A stretch of 64,000 nucleotides of DNA from an uncultured Gemmatimonadales bacterium (GCA_963851265.1 CAWKNZ010000002.1:1600001-1664000), one strand, 5' to 3'; shown: positions 1 through 12,082, counted from the stretch's first letter. Numbers and translations are program-made. The notes: generated from the letters alone by a model not told the origin.

Positions 1-1121
1 TGCCAGCACGCCGCGCCCTCGTCGACGCCCCGCTCGACGAGCGAGCGGATGCGCTCGAGCTGGACGGGCGCGACGATCGCGCCGAGGTCGACGCCCTTGT
101 CGAGGGGCGCGCCGAGCCGGAGTCGCTCCATGCGCGAGCGGAGCTTGTCGACGAGGCGGTCGTGCACGCCCTCCTGCACGAGCAGGCGCGACCCGGCGCA
201 GCACACCTGCCCCTGGTTGAACCAGATCGCGTCGACGACGCCCTCGACGACGCTGTCGAGGTCGGCGTCCTCGAACACGATGAACGGGCTCTTGCCGCCT
301 AACTCGAGCGAGAGCCTCTTGCCGCTGCCCGCGGTTGCGCGGCGGATCTCCCGGCCAACATCCGTGGACCCCGTGAAGGCGACCTTGTCCACGTCGCCGT
401 GCGCGACGAGCGCGGCCCCAGTACGCCCGTCGCCGGTGACGACGTTCAGCACCCCCGCCGGCAGTCCGGCGTCGTGCGCGAGTTCGGCGAAGCAGAGCGC
501 GGTGAGCGGCGTGAATTCGGCCGGCTTGAGCACCACGGTGTTCCCCGCCGCGAGCGCGGGCGCGACCTTCCACGCCAGCATGAGGAGCGGGAAGTTCCAC
601 GGGATCACCTGCGCGACGACGCCGAGCGGGCCGTAGCCGGGGAACTCCGCGTCGAGCAGCTGCGCCCACCCCGCGTGGTGGTAGAAGTGGCGCGCGACGA
701 GCGGCACGTCGAGGTCGCGCGTTTCGCGGATCGATTTGCCGTTGTCGAGCACCTCGAGCACCGCGAGGAGACGGCTGTGCTTCTGGACGGCCCGCGCGAG
801 CGCGTAGAGGTGCCGCGCCCGCCCGTGCCCGCCTAACGTGGCCCACGCCGGCTGCGCGGCGCGCGCGGCCGCGACGGCCCGGTCGACGTCGTCCGCGGTG
901 CCCTGCGGCACGCGGGCCAGGCGCTCGCCGGTCGCGGGCTCGAAGACGTCGAACAGCTCGGCGTCCGGCGCGCGGTACCGCGCGCCCCCGATGTGGTGCG
1001 CGCCCTCGCCGCCCCGCGACGCGATCCAGCGACGCGCCTCCGCGTCCGACTCGGGCGCTGGGCCGTACGCCATAGACTGAAAGATCTCGGCGACTGTCGC
1101 GCCGGCGTCGGCCGTCGGCAT
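1..1121 (-). CDS. Aldehyde dehydrogenase family protein (ALDH16-like), 3' part runs off the window
   Basis: Not in the ORF track because it has no stop in the window. Manual translation from ATG 1121 gives MPTADAGATVAEIFQSMAYGPAPES...IPWNFPLLM...LKPAE...FTGST...LELGGKSP...NQGQVCCAGSR, the canonical ALDH motifs. The ATG overlaps the deoC stop (TGATG). Confidence 0.93.
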   Translation of the reverse strand, partial: MPTADAGATVAEIFQSMAYGPAPESDAEARRWIASRGGEGAHHIGGARYRAPDAELFDVFEPATGERLARVPQGTADDVDRAVAAARAAQPAWATLGGHGRARHLYALARAVQKHSRLLAVLEVLDNGKSIRETRDLDVPLVARHFYHHAGWAQLLDAEFPGYGPLGVVAQVIPWNFPLLMLAWKVAPALAAGNTVVLKPAEFTPLTALCFAELAHDAGLPAGVLNVVTGDGRTGAALVAHGDVDKVAFTGSTDVGREIRRATAGSGKRLSLELGGKSPFIVFEDADLDSVVEGVVDAIWFNQGQVCCAGSRLLVQEGVHDRLVDKLRSRMERLRLGAPLDKGVDLGAIVAPVQLERIRSLVERGVDEGAACW

Positions 1122-2173
1122 CAGACCATGGCGTGGCGGTGGGCGGCGGAGTAGCGCCCGGTGACGAAGTGTTCGAGCTGCCGCTCGATGTCGGTGAGCA
1201 GCGCGCTCGCGCCGATGCGGAACAGGTCCGAGGCGAGCCACCGCGTGCCCAACTCCTCGCGCATCACGTACTGGAACTCGAGCGCCTGCTTGGCGGTGCG
1301 GATGCCGCCCGCGGGCTTGAAGCCGACCATCGCGCCCGTGCGCTCGTGGTAGTCGCGGATGGCCCGGCACATCACCAGCGCGAACGGCAGCGTCGCGTTC
1401 ACGCCTTCCTTCCCGGTGCTGGTCTTGATGAAGTCCGCGCCCGCCATCATCGCGACCTGGCTGGCGCGCGCGACGTTCGCGAGCGTGGCGAGCTCGCCCG
1501 TCGCGAGAATCACCTTGAGATGCGCGTCGCCGCACGCGGCGCGCATCGCGCGCACCTCGTCGTAGAGCGCTTCCCACTCGCCGCGCAACACGTGCGCGCG
1601 CGTGATCACGGTGTCGATCTCGACCGCGCCGTCGTCGACCGACGCGCGGATTTCGGCCAGCCGCTCGCGGAGCGGCGAGAGCCCCGCGGGGAAGCCCGTC
1701 GACACGGCCGCGACCGGCACTCCCGTGCCGCGCAGCGCGTCGACCGCGGTCGCCACGTACGCGTGATAGACGCAGACGGCGCCGGCGCGGATCGCGAGCG
1801 GGGCGGCGCCGAGCGCGTCGACGAGGTCGTCGCGCAGCGGGCGCACCGCCTTGGCGCACAGGCGTCGCACGTTGGACGGCGTATCGTCACCGGCCAGCGT
1901 CGTGAGGTCGATGCAGGTGATCGCGCGCAGAAGCCACGCCGCCTGCCACGCCTTCTTCACGGTCCGGCGCGCCGGAAGCGTCGCGGCGCGCCGTTCCACC
2001 GCCGAGCGGTTCACCCGCTGTGCGCGGACCAGCGCGAGGTCGAACGGCGTCCCGGGGTTGCGCGCGAGGATCGCGTCGGCTGCGAGCGGGCCGCCGGCCG
2101 GCGTCGGCGCGAGCCACGGCCCGCGCGCACTACGCGGGCCGGGCGCGGTGACGGTTTGCGGGATCGCGTCCAT
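1121..2173 (-). CDS. deoC: Deoxyribose-phosphate aldolase (long type)
   Basis: IDLTTL, AVCVY, VSTGFPAG, EIDTVI, LKVILATGEL, ADFIKTSTGK, GFKPAGGI and RIGAS motifs. Confidence 0.96.
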   Translation of the reverse strand: MDAIPQTVTAPGPRSARGPWLAPTPAGGPLAADAILARNPGTPFDLALVRAQRVNRSAVERRAATLPARRTVKKAWQAAWLLRAITCIDLTTLAGDDTPSNVRRLCAKAVRPLRDDLVDALGAAPLAIRAGAVCVYHAYVATAVDALRGTGVPVAAVSTGFPAGLSPLRERLAEIRASVDDGAVEIDTVITRAHVLRGEWEALYDEVRAMRAACGDAHLKVILATGELATLANVARASQVAMMAGADFIKTSTGKEGVNATLPFALVMCRAIRDYHERTGAMVGFKPAGGIRTAKQALEFQYVMREELGTRWLASDLFRIGASALLTDIERQLEHFVTGRYSAAHRHAMV

Positions 2174-2206
2174 GCCCGCAATCTACGGCCCGGTGCGCGC
2201 CGAGCC

Positions 2207-2905
2207 CTACCGCCGGCGTACGCCCGCGACGAGCAACCCGACGCCGACCGCGACGAGCGCCGACGCGAAGGGCCGCTGGCCGATCAGGTCGGTGAACCGT
2301 TCGACCGGCACCGCACGCCGTGCGGCCTCGAACCCGCGCGCCGCCTGCTTCTCGACCGCCTCGGCCCCGTCGTGCGTGCGGGCGTGGAACGTCTCGATGC
2401 CTCGGGCGACCTTGCCGACCGCGCTGTCGTCGGAGACGCCGAGCGCCTGCACCGTCATATCGGCCCAGTCGTAGTGGCGCTGCTCGTCGCGCGCCGCGCC
2501 GTGCACGAACGTCTGAACGTCCGACGGCCACGCGCCGGCGCGCTCGGCAGCGCGGGCGTACTTGTCACGCGCCTGGCGCTCGTTGGCGCGGAACGCGACG
2601 AGCACCGGCGTGTCGCCGCCACCGATGTCACCGATGGCCTGCATCGCGAGCTTGTCGAGGCTGCTCGGATGAGGCGCCGCGATCGGCTGGCCGCCGTACT
2701 TACCGATGAGTGCGGTGAGCTCGTCCGCGTGTCGTTCGTGGTCGCGCCGGTACCGGGAGACCGTGTCACGGTAAGTCGCGTTCTGCAGCTCGCGCATCGT
2801 CAGCGCGTAGCTGGCGAGCGCGTCGTGGTCGAGTTCGAGCAGGTCGTTCAGCTCGGCGATGGTCGCGGCATCGAGCGTCTGCGTGGGAGCGGCTGGTGTC
2901 GTCAT
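2207..2905 (-). CDS. Ferritin-like domain protein (DUF2383-like) with a C-terminal membrane anchor
   Basis: LNDLLELDHDA..Y, DHERH, NE..A..Y and DEQRH ferritin-like pattern, then RPFASALVAVGVGLLVAGVRRR. Start is ATG 2905 or 2923. Confidence 0.8.
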   Translation of the reverse strand: MTTPAAPTQTLDAATIAELNDLLELDHDALASYALTMRELQNATYRDTVSRYRRDHERHADELTALIGKYGGQPIAAPHPSSLDKLAMQAIGDIGGGDTPVLVAFRANERQARDKYARAAERAGAWPSDVQTFVHGAARDEQRHYDWADMTVQALGVSDDSAVGKVARGIETFHARTHDGAEAVEKQAARGFEAARRAVPVERFTDLIGQRPFASALVAVGVGLLVAGVRRR

Positions 2906-2987
2906 GCGCGTGATCGTCCGCATGGAGTGTGCGCGGCCGGTTGCTGGGGCCATCTTATCCGCCACGTTCATCAGTCCGTCCGCACGC

Positions 2988-4550
2988 ATGCCCAACGCCT
3001 CGCCACTTCCCACATCCCGCGCGCGCCGGCGTGCGCCCGCCCTGCCGCCCAGCCCGACCGCGCCGGCGTCGGCAATGCCCTGGGTGCATCGCGCCCCCGG
3101 TGTCCCGTACTTCGCGCTCGACGACGGCGCACCGTGGACGCCGATCGGCGCCAACGAGTCGATCACCTGGCCGGGACTCGACGGCCTCTTCCGGCGGCGC
3201 GACCTCGCGGGCGCGGAGGCGTACGTGCGGTACCTGCGCGAAAGCGGGGTGACGGTCCTGCGGCTGATGCTCGAGTACAGCCAGGGCCAGCACCGGTACT
3301 TCGAACGGCCCGCGGGCACGTTCAACCCGTCGATGGTCGCGCTGTGGGACGACCTGTTCGCGATCTGCGAGCGCGTCGGCATGCGGATCCTGCTCACGCC
3401 GTACGACACGTTCTTCCAGTACATCCGGTGGCGCCACCACCCCTACAACAGGCGCAACGGCGGCCCGTGCGCCGACCGTTCGCAGCTGATGGTCTGCCCC
3501 GACACGCGGAGCCTGATCAAGGCGCGGCTCGCGTTCGCGGCGGAGCGGTGGGGCGGCAGCGGGGCGCTGTTCGCGTGGGACCTCTGGAACGAGTTGCACC
3601 CCGCGCAGGGCAACAACGACTACTTCGGGATGTGGGGCTTCGTCTCCGACGTCGGCGCGCACCTGCGCGAGCTGGAGCGCCGCCTCTACGGGCGCACGCA
3701 CCCGCAGACGGTGAGCGTGTTCGGGCCCGAGCTGCTGTGGAAGCCCGAGCTGCACGAGCTGATCTTCCGCCACCCCGGGCTCGACTTCGCCAGCACGCAC
3801 TTCTACGCCGAGGAGACGATCGACGCGCCGCGCGACACCGTCGCGCCGGCGGTCGCCGCCGCCCGCCTAACGGAAGACGCGCTCGCCGAAGTGCGCGACG
3901 CGCGTCCGTTCTTCGAGAGCGAGCACGGCCCGATCTGCACGTTCAAGGACCGCGGCGTCACGCTTCCCGAAGCGTTCGACGACGAGTACTTCCGCCACAT
4001 CCAGTGGGCGCACCTCGCGTCGGGCGGCGCGGGGGGCGGCATGCGGTGGCCGAACCGCAGCCCCCACGTGCTCACGCGCGGGATGCGGGAGTCGCAGGCC
4101 GCGCTCGCGCGCGTCGCGACGCGCGTGGACTGGCCGACGTTCCAGCGCCGGTGCCTCAACGACGACGTCGTCGTGCGAGACGCGGCCGGGCGCGCACTCG
4201 CGCGGGTGACGTCGCGGCCGCACACGCCGGCCGGCCACCCGCCCGTCGTTCCGATGGCGGGGCGCGTGGTGGCTGCATTCGCGTGCGGCGATGCGCGCCA
4301 GGCCGTGGCATTCCTGCTGCGCGCCGACGCGCTCGCGCCCGACGGACGCGTGCGTCGCGACGTTCCGCCGCGCGAGGTGACGCTCGACGTTCCGGGGCTC
4401 GCGGCGGGCGAGTACACGGTCGCGGAATGCGACGCGACAACCGGCCGGGAGCGGCGGGCGCACGAGGTCTCGCACGCGGGGGGTGACCTGACCCTGCCGG
4501 CGGTACCGCTGGTGGCCGACGCGGTGCTACTCGTTCGGGCGCGCGCGTGA
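2988..4550 (+). CDS. Putative glycoside hydrolase, clan-A/GH5-like TIM barrel
   Basis: YFALDDGAPWTPIGAN, GVTVLRL, LFAWDLWNE (acid/base NE), STHFY, PFFESEHG (candidate nucleophile). Confidence 0.65.
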   Translation: MPNASPLPTSRARRRAPALPPSPTAPASAMPWVHRAPGVPYFALDDGAPWTPIGANESITWPGLDGLFRRRDLAGAEAYVRYLRESGVTVLRLMLEYSQGQHRYFERPAGTFNPSMVALWDDLFAICERVGMRILLTPYDTFFQYIRWRHHPYNRRNGGPCADRSQLMVCPDTRSLIKARLAFAAERWGGSGALFAWDLWNELHPAQGNNDYFGMWGFVSDVGAHLRELERRLYGRTHPQTVSVFGPELLWKPELHELIFRHPGLDFASTHFYAEETIDAPRDTVAPAVAAARLTEDALAEVRDARPFFESEHGPICTFKDRGVTLPEAFDDEYFRHIQWAHLASGGAGGGMRWPNRSPHVLTRGMRESQAALARVATRVDWPTFQRRCLNDDVVVRDAAGRALARVTSRPHTPAGHPPVVPMAGRVVAAFACGDARQAVAFLLRADALAPDGRVRRDVPPREVTLDVPGLAAGEYTVAECDATTGRERRAHEVSHAGGDLTLPAVPLVADAVLLVRARA

Positions 4551-4705
4551 CGTCGCGCGCGCGACGCGATTGAGGAGGGCAATCGACGGCTGGCTTAACA
4601 CGCGGCGTGGCGCGGCGTCTTCCTGACGTGCGCGACGTCGGATGCGGCGAGTTAGGCCGGTCGGTTCCGCCGCGCACCAGCCCTCCACTCCTCGTCTCAG
4701 GTCCC

Positions 4706-5275
4706 ATGCGTCTCACCCAACTGCTCGCGATCGCCGCCGTCGTTCCCGCCCTCGCCGCCACGCGCGCCGGCGCCCAACAGCCGTCCGTTCCGCTCTCCGC
4801 TGCCGACAGCGCGGCCCGCGCCCGTGACCTGCGGCACGACCGCCGCGACCTGCGCCGCGACGAGCGGCGGGACGCGAACCGCGACGGACAGCTCGCCGGC
4901 GACCGCGTCGTCGACCGCCGCGACAACGCGCTACTCAACCGCGATCGCCAGCTTCGGAACGGGGCGCGCGCGACCGACCGCGTGGCCGACTCCACGCGCC
5001 GAGCCGACCGCCAGGCGCTCCGCGCGGCGCACGCGTCGGGCGACACGGGCGCGTACCGCGCCGACCGCCAAGCCCTCCGCGCCGCGAGCCGGACCGACCG
5101 TCAGGATGATCGCGCGCTTCGCCGCGACAACACCCAGCTCGGCCAGGACCGGCGCGTCGACGCGCGCGACGACCGGGCGACGCGCGGCGACGCCACCGCC
5201 GGCCGCCGGCTCGACAACGACGTGCGGCACGACCGCCGCGATCTGCGCCGCGACCGCCGGGCCGGCACGCCCTGA
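4706..5275 (+). CDS. Secreted Arg/Asp-rich repeat protein
   Basis: Signal peptide MRLTQLLAIAAVVPALAATRAGA followed by repeated RHDRRDLRRD and RADRQALRAA units. Confidence 0.75.
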   Translation: MRLTQLLAIAAVVPALAATRAGAQQPSVPLSAADSAARARDLRHDRRDLRRDERRDANRDGQLAGDRVVDRRDNALLNRDRQLRNGARATDRVADSTRRADRQALRAAHASGDTGAYRADRQALRAASRTDRQDDRALRRDNTQLGQDRRVDARDDRATRGDATAGRRLDNDVRHDRRDLRRDRRAGTP

Positions 5276-5449
5276 CCCACGACACGGCGGCGTCTGGAAC
5301 CGCCGCGCCGCGCGCGGGTCCGCAATGTGCTAAACTCCAGCGAGTTGGACCACACGCGCAGTGCCGCGCGTGCGGTCCGGGTCGCAGATTTCGCATCCGC
5401 CACGCGCCGGGCGATCATCGCTCGCGCTTTCGCACAGGAGCGCTTCGTC

Positions 5450-5716
5450 ATGATCGGTAACCTGCTCGCCCCCGAACACTTGCTCATCGTTCTCGCCGTC
5501 ATCCTGCTGATGTTCGGTGGCAAGAAGATCCCGGAGCTCGCCAGCGGCCTCGGCAAAGGCGTGCGCGAGTTCAAGAACGGCATCGCCGGTGCGGGCGAAC
5601 CGACCCCGCAGGTGACCGCGCCAACGGTCGCGCCCGAGCCGGTTGCGGCGCGCACGTCAGTCGAGACGATCACGGTCTCCGCGCCCCCGCCCGAACCGAA
5701 GCGCCTCATCAGCTGA
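5450..5716 (+). CDS. tatA: Twin-arginine translocase TatA/TatE
   Basis: EHLLIVLAVILLMFGGKKIPELASGLGKGVREFK; SD CAGGAG upstream of ATG 5450. Confidence 0.95.
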   Translation: MIGNLLAPEHLLIVLAVILLMFGGKKIPELASGLGKGVREFKNGIAGAGEPTPQVTAPTVAPEPVAARTSVETITVSAPPPEPKRLIS

Positions 5717-5751
5717 GCCGCGCCGCCGTCGCCGCGACGGCCTCGCTACGC

Positions 5752-5794
5752 CACGACGCCCCCGCCAATCGGTTGGCGGGGGCGTCGTGCGTTT
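5752..5794 (+). terminator. Intrinsic terminator-like hairpin after tatA
   Basis: Perfect 17-bp stem CACGACGCCCCCGCCAA-tcgg-TTGGCGGGGGCGTCGTG followed by CGTTTC. Confidence 0.7.
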
Positions 5795-6018
5795 CGCGTC
5801 GATGCGGCAGAACGTGCGCGGCAGTTCGACGGGTGGTACCCGGGTGATCACGGGTCGCGTCGTTCGAACACCGACGGAACGCGAGGCAGCCGTCGCGTCG
5901 AGGTCTCCGGGCTCGTTCACATTCCGCGTTTCGGTAGCCGGGAGCGGCCGTCGCGCGCGAGGGCCTTCACAGTTGCGGCGAACCCCCGTCGGCGCGGCGC
6001 GCGGACGGGGGTTCGGAA

Positions 6019-6092
6019 TAGCAGGGGAGGGGCTCGAACCCTCGACCTCACGATTATGAGTCGTGCGCTCTGACCAGCTGAGCTACCCTGCC
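6019..6092 (-). tRNA. tRNA-Met (CAT), elongator type
   Basis: GGCAGGGTAGCTCAGCTGGTCAGAGCGCACGACTCATAATCGTGAGGTCGAGGGTTCGAGCCCCTCCCCTGCTA folds as a cloverleaf with a CAT anticodon and no encoded CCA. Ile2 is not fully excluded. Confidence 0.92.
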
Positions 6093-6138
6093 ATCTGGCA
6101 GACCTGCGCCACGTCTGGAGCGGAACGTGGTCCTCATG

Positions 6139-6173
6139 AAACGAACGGGCCGGCTTGGAAGCCGGCCCGTTCG
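6139..6173 (-). terminator. Hairpin with a short U-run between the two Met tRNAs
   Basis: CGAACGGGCCGGCT-tcca-AGCCGGCCCGTTCG then TTTC on the minus strand. Confidence 0.55.
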
Positions 6174-6175
6174 CA

Positions 6176-6610
<435 letters not shown>

Positions 6611-6640
6611 GCGCGTGCTCCCCCGCCTCGCGAGCCGCGG

Positions 6641-8725
<2,085 letters not shown>

Positions 8726-8726
<1 letters not shown>

Positions 8727-9694
8727 CAGCGCGTAAAGTGGTCGTACCCGCCGGAGAGGTCAACGCGCGCGTTGCCGTCGGCGAGCACCACGCGCCCGCC
8801 GTCGCCCTCAGCGATCCGAACGTGGCCGACTCGCGTGAGCACGACGCGGAAGGCACGCGCGAACGCCTCGCAGTCGAGATCGGGCGGTGCGGCGCAGACG
8901 AGTTCGTACTCCTCCCCGCCCCGGAGCGCGTCCTCGACGGTCGCGTCGTCGACGCGGGGCACGAGCGCGGGATCGAGGACGACGTCGCACCCACTCGCGG
9001 CGGCGACGTGGCCGGCGTCGGCCACGAGCCCGTCGGAGACGTCGACGAGTGCCCGCGCGCCGCGTTCTGCCAACCAGCGCGCCTCGGCCACGCGCGCCCG
9101 CGGGCGGGCGAAGCGCTCGCGGTCGGGCCCGGCCGGCTGCGCGCCGCGCAGCAGCGCCTCGAGGGCGCGGCGCGGACCGCCGAGGCGCCCCGTCACGTAC
9201 AGGGCATCGCCGGGGCGCGCCCCGCCTCGCGCGACGGGCCGCGTGGCCTCGCCGAGGACCGTGATCGTGAGTACGAGGTCGCGCCCTCCCGTGAGATCGC
9301 CGCCGATGATGGGGCACGCCACGGCCGCGGCCGCCTCGCCCACGCCCTCACCGATCTCGGGCAGCGCGTCGCGCCAGCGCGGGGGGACGGTCATCGCCAA
9401 CACGAGCCCGAGCGGCCGCGCCGCCATCGCCGCGAGGTCGCTCAGCGCGCTCGTCGCCGCGCGCCACCCGAGTTCCTCGCGGGTGAACCAGCCCGCGCGG
9501 AAGTGGACGTCCTCGACCGAGCTGTCGGTGCTGACGACGAGTCGCGCGCCGGGCGCGACGTCGACGACGGCCGCGTCGTCGCCGATGCCGCGCGCGCGGT
9601 CGCCCCAACGCGTGATCAGGGTGCGGATCGCGTCGAACTCGCGCCCCGCCCCGAGCGTCGTGTGGAGGTCGGCGGGCCGCGGCGCGGCGGACAC
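8726..9694 (-). CDS. thiL: Thiamine-monophosphate kinase
   Basis: GIGDDAAV, VEDVHF, SDLAAM, IIGGD, DVSDGL, GGEEYEL; probable GTG start at 9694. Confidence 0.93.
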
Positions 9695-9695
9695 G

Positions 9696-11291
9696 TCAGC
9701 CCGGAACGCGGGGGAGTTCCGCGAGCACGGGGTAGGGCGCGCGGTCGACGCCCGCGTCGTCGCGCGGCCACGCGTCGCGCAGCGCGTCGAGCACGTCGGC
9801 GAGCGTAACGCCGCGCACGCCGCCCCGGCGCGCGGTGGCCAGCTCGCCGGCCCGACCGTGGACCCACGCGGCGGCGGCGCCACGCCACGCCGCGGTCTCG
9901 TCCGCCGGCGCGTGAGCGAGCAGGGCGGCCGCGACGCCGCCGAGGACGTCGCCGCTCCCGGCGGTGCCCAGCGCCGGCGTGCCGGTCGCACTCACGAGGG
10001 TCGTCGTGCCGTCGCTCACGACCGTCGGAACGCCCTTGAGCAGGACGGCGGCGCGCGCCGTGCGCGCGGCCTCGCCCGCGATCTCGAACCGCCGCGCCAG
10101 CACGTCGTCGACCGTCGACCCGAGGAGACGCGCGAGTTCGAGGGGGTGCGGGGTGAGCAGCGCCGGACGTCCGGCGAGCAGGGCGCCTAACGCGTCGAGT
10201 CGGCCGGCGTAGTGGTTGAGCGCGTCGGCGTCGACGACCACGGGCCCGCGCCACGCGGAGAGCACGCGTTCGAGCAGCGCGGCCGCCGCCTCCGAACGGC
10301 CGAGTCCGGGACCGAGGAGCACCACGTCGGCCCATTCGAGCACGGCGTGCTCGAGCGTGGCGGCGTCGTCCTGAGCGGGCCACGCCGTCGCCATCGCCGC
10401 GTGGAGGCCGTTCTGCAACACGGGGACGCTCTCGGGCGCGACGACCGCCCGCACCATCCCCGCCCCGCTGCGGAGGGCGGCGTCCGAGGCGAGCACGGCG
10501 GCGCCCGCCATGCCCGCAGCGCCGCCTATCACGGCGACCTTCCCGCGGATGCCCTTGTGCGCTGAGGCCGCGAACGGGCGCGCGGCGCGCGCGCGCACCG
10601 CGTACTCGGCGACGAGCGTCGGCAACGCATCGGCCGGCGGTTGCGAGAGCGCCGCGTCGTCGAGTCCGATGTCGAGAATCGCGATGGCCCCGGCGGCGTC
10701 GCGGTCGACGAGCAGGCCGCGCTTGAGCGTGCCGAACGCGAGCGTCAGGTCGGCGCGGATCGACGCGCCGATCGCCTCGCCGGTGGTCGCGTCGACGCCC
10801 GTCGGCACGTCGAGGGCGACGACGACCGGCGGCGCGTTAGGCGCTGCCGCCTGCGCCGCGGCGAGGTGCCGCACGTACCCCGCCACGTACTCGCGTGCCG
10901 GCGCGCGCGCCCCGGTACCGAGCACCCCGTCGACGATCACGCGCTCGGCGCCGGTCGGCGCGGGCACGTCGCCCGCGTCGCGGGCCCGGTCGAACTCGAA
11001 GCGCGCGTCGTCCGTCACCGGGGCGTCCGCGCCCCATTGCGTCACGCCCACGCGCACGCCATACCGTCGGAGGGCACGCGCCACCACCCACGCGTCGCCG
11101 CCGTTGTTGCCCGGGCCCGCGTGCACGGCGACGCCCGCGTGCAGCAGGCCGGAGTACCGGCGGACGATCTCTGCGGCCGCCGCGGCGCCCGCGCGCTGCA
11201 TGAGCGCGCGCGATGGCACTCCGGCGGCGATCGTCGCCGCGTCGGCGGCCGCGGCCTCCGCCGCCGTCGTGATGCGAACCGTCGGGGTCAC
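9696..11291 (-). CDS. nnr: Bifunctional NAD(P)H-hydrate epimerase/dehydratase
   Basis: LMQRAG, GPGNNGGD, ALDVPTG (YjeF-N); HKG..G, GPGLG, VDADALN, TPHPLE, LGTAGSGDVLGG (YjeF-C). Confidence 0.95.
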   Translation of the reverse strand: MTPTVRITTAAEAAAADAATIAAGVPSRALMQRAGAAAAAEIVRRYSGLLHAGVAVHAGPGNNGGDAWVVARALRRYGVRVGVTQWGADAPVTDDARFEFDRARDAGDVPAPTGAERVIVDGVLGTGARAPAREYVAGYVRHLAAAQAAAPNAPPVVVALDVPTGVDATTGEAIGASIRADLTLAFGTLKRGLLVDRDAAGAIAILDIGLDDAALSQPPADALPTLVAEYAVRARAARPFAASAHKGIRGKVAVIGGAAGMAGAAVLASDAALRSGAGMVRAVVAPESVPVLQNGLHAAMATAWPAQDDAATLEHAVLEWADVVLLGPGLGRSEAAAALLERVLSAWRGPVVVDADALNHYAGRLDALGALLAGRPALLTPHPLELARLLGSTVDDVLARRFEIAGEAARTARAAVLLKGVPTVVSDGTTTLVSATGTPALGTAGSGDVLGGVAAALLAHAPADETAAWRGAAAAWVHGRAGELATARRGGVRGVTLADVLDALRDAWPRDDAGVDRAPYPVLAELPRVPG

Positions 11292-11325
11292 GGCGTCGCC
11301 CGCAGGCCAGCCACGCGGGCGACGC

Positions 11326-11517
11326 CTACTTGTTGGACGGACCTACCGAGCGCCCGTAGCCGATCTCGCCGTTGTCGATGCGGATGTTGAACCCGCACTC
11401 CGGGTTGCTACACACCCACGCCTTGTAGGTGATCGGCGCTCCGTCGCGGCCGTAATCGCTGAGCGGAAGCAGGGTTCCCTCGCCGCATTTGTGGCACGGG
11501 GGTAGTTCGGCGGGCAT
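11326..11517 (-). CDS. Small zinc-ribbon protein
   Basis: 63 aa with CHKC...WVCSNPEC; coding-like codon pattern; co-oriented within the operon. Confidence 0.8.
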   Translation of the reverse strand: MPAELPPCHKCGEGTLLPLSDYGRDGAPITYKAWVCSNPECGFNIRIDNGEIGYGRSVGPSNK

Positions 11518-11544
11518 AACGTTCACGCGGCGGGCACGGGTCGT

Positions 11545-11931
11545 TCAGGTGAGCGCAGGGCAGCGCCACGGGTAGTCACGCTCGAACGCAACGTCGAAGT
11601 CGAAGACCCCGGCGAAGTCGTCGCGGGTATCGTTGGGCTGCGCGGCGAGCAACTCGAGGTCGACGAGCGCGAACACCACGTCGCCCACGTCTTCCGTGCG
11701 CCGGATGCCCCAGTACTCGAGCACCTCGCGCGCGAGCACGCCGAAGCGCTCGATCGCCAGGTCGCGCACGGCGCGCGCGAGGTCCGCACCCGAGATGTGC
11801 CGCCGCTCCGATCGGCGCGCCTGCTCGAACTCGAGCGCGGCGAGCACGAACAGGTACCCGCGCTCGTGGAATCGCGGCTCGCGCAGGCGGATCTGGTCCA
11901 TCAGACCCTCGCGGAACGCCAACTCAGGCAA
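11545..11931 (-). CDS. Minf_1886-family conserved hypothetical protein
   Basis: PRF..GYLFV..AL, HISGADL, FGVLAREVLEYWGIRRTEDVGDVVFALVD, D..DDF..VFDF; TTG start with GGAG upstream. Confidence 0.8.
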   Translation of the reverse strand: MPELAFREGLMDQIRLREPRFHERGYLFVLAALEFEQARRSERRHISGADLARAVRDLAIERFGVLAREVLEYWGIRRTEDVGDVVFALVDLELLAAQPNDTRDDFAGVFDFDVAFERDYPWRCPALT

Positions 11932-12082
11932 CGTTACAACTCCAGACAGCTACGGGCATGGCGGCAGGGGAAGGCGGCGAACACGGGATGCAATACTGCG
12001 ACGTCGCGGGGCGCCCCGCAACCAGCGAAGCGTACCCCCGCGAGAGCGCCGCGGTCCCCGTCGCGACCGGCGCGGCCGTCGC

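Noticed and set aside
1133..4486. 1117-aa plus-strand ORF and many similar long ORFs (e.g. 49814-52288, 7974-10190, 45590-47959)
   Set aside because: These are Arg/Ala/Pro-rich shadow frames overlapping clear genes. Stops are rare at this GC content.
4829..5254. CRISPR-like direct repeats
   Set aside because: The repeats are in-frame protein repeats with no regular spacers and no cas genes.
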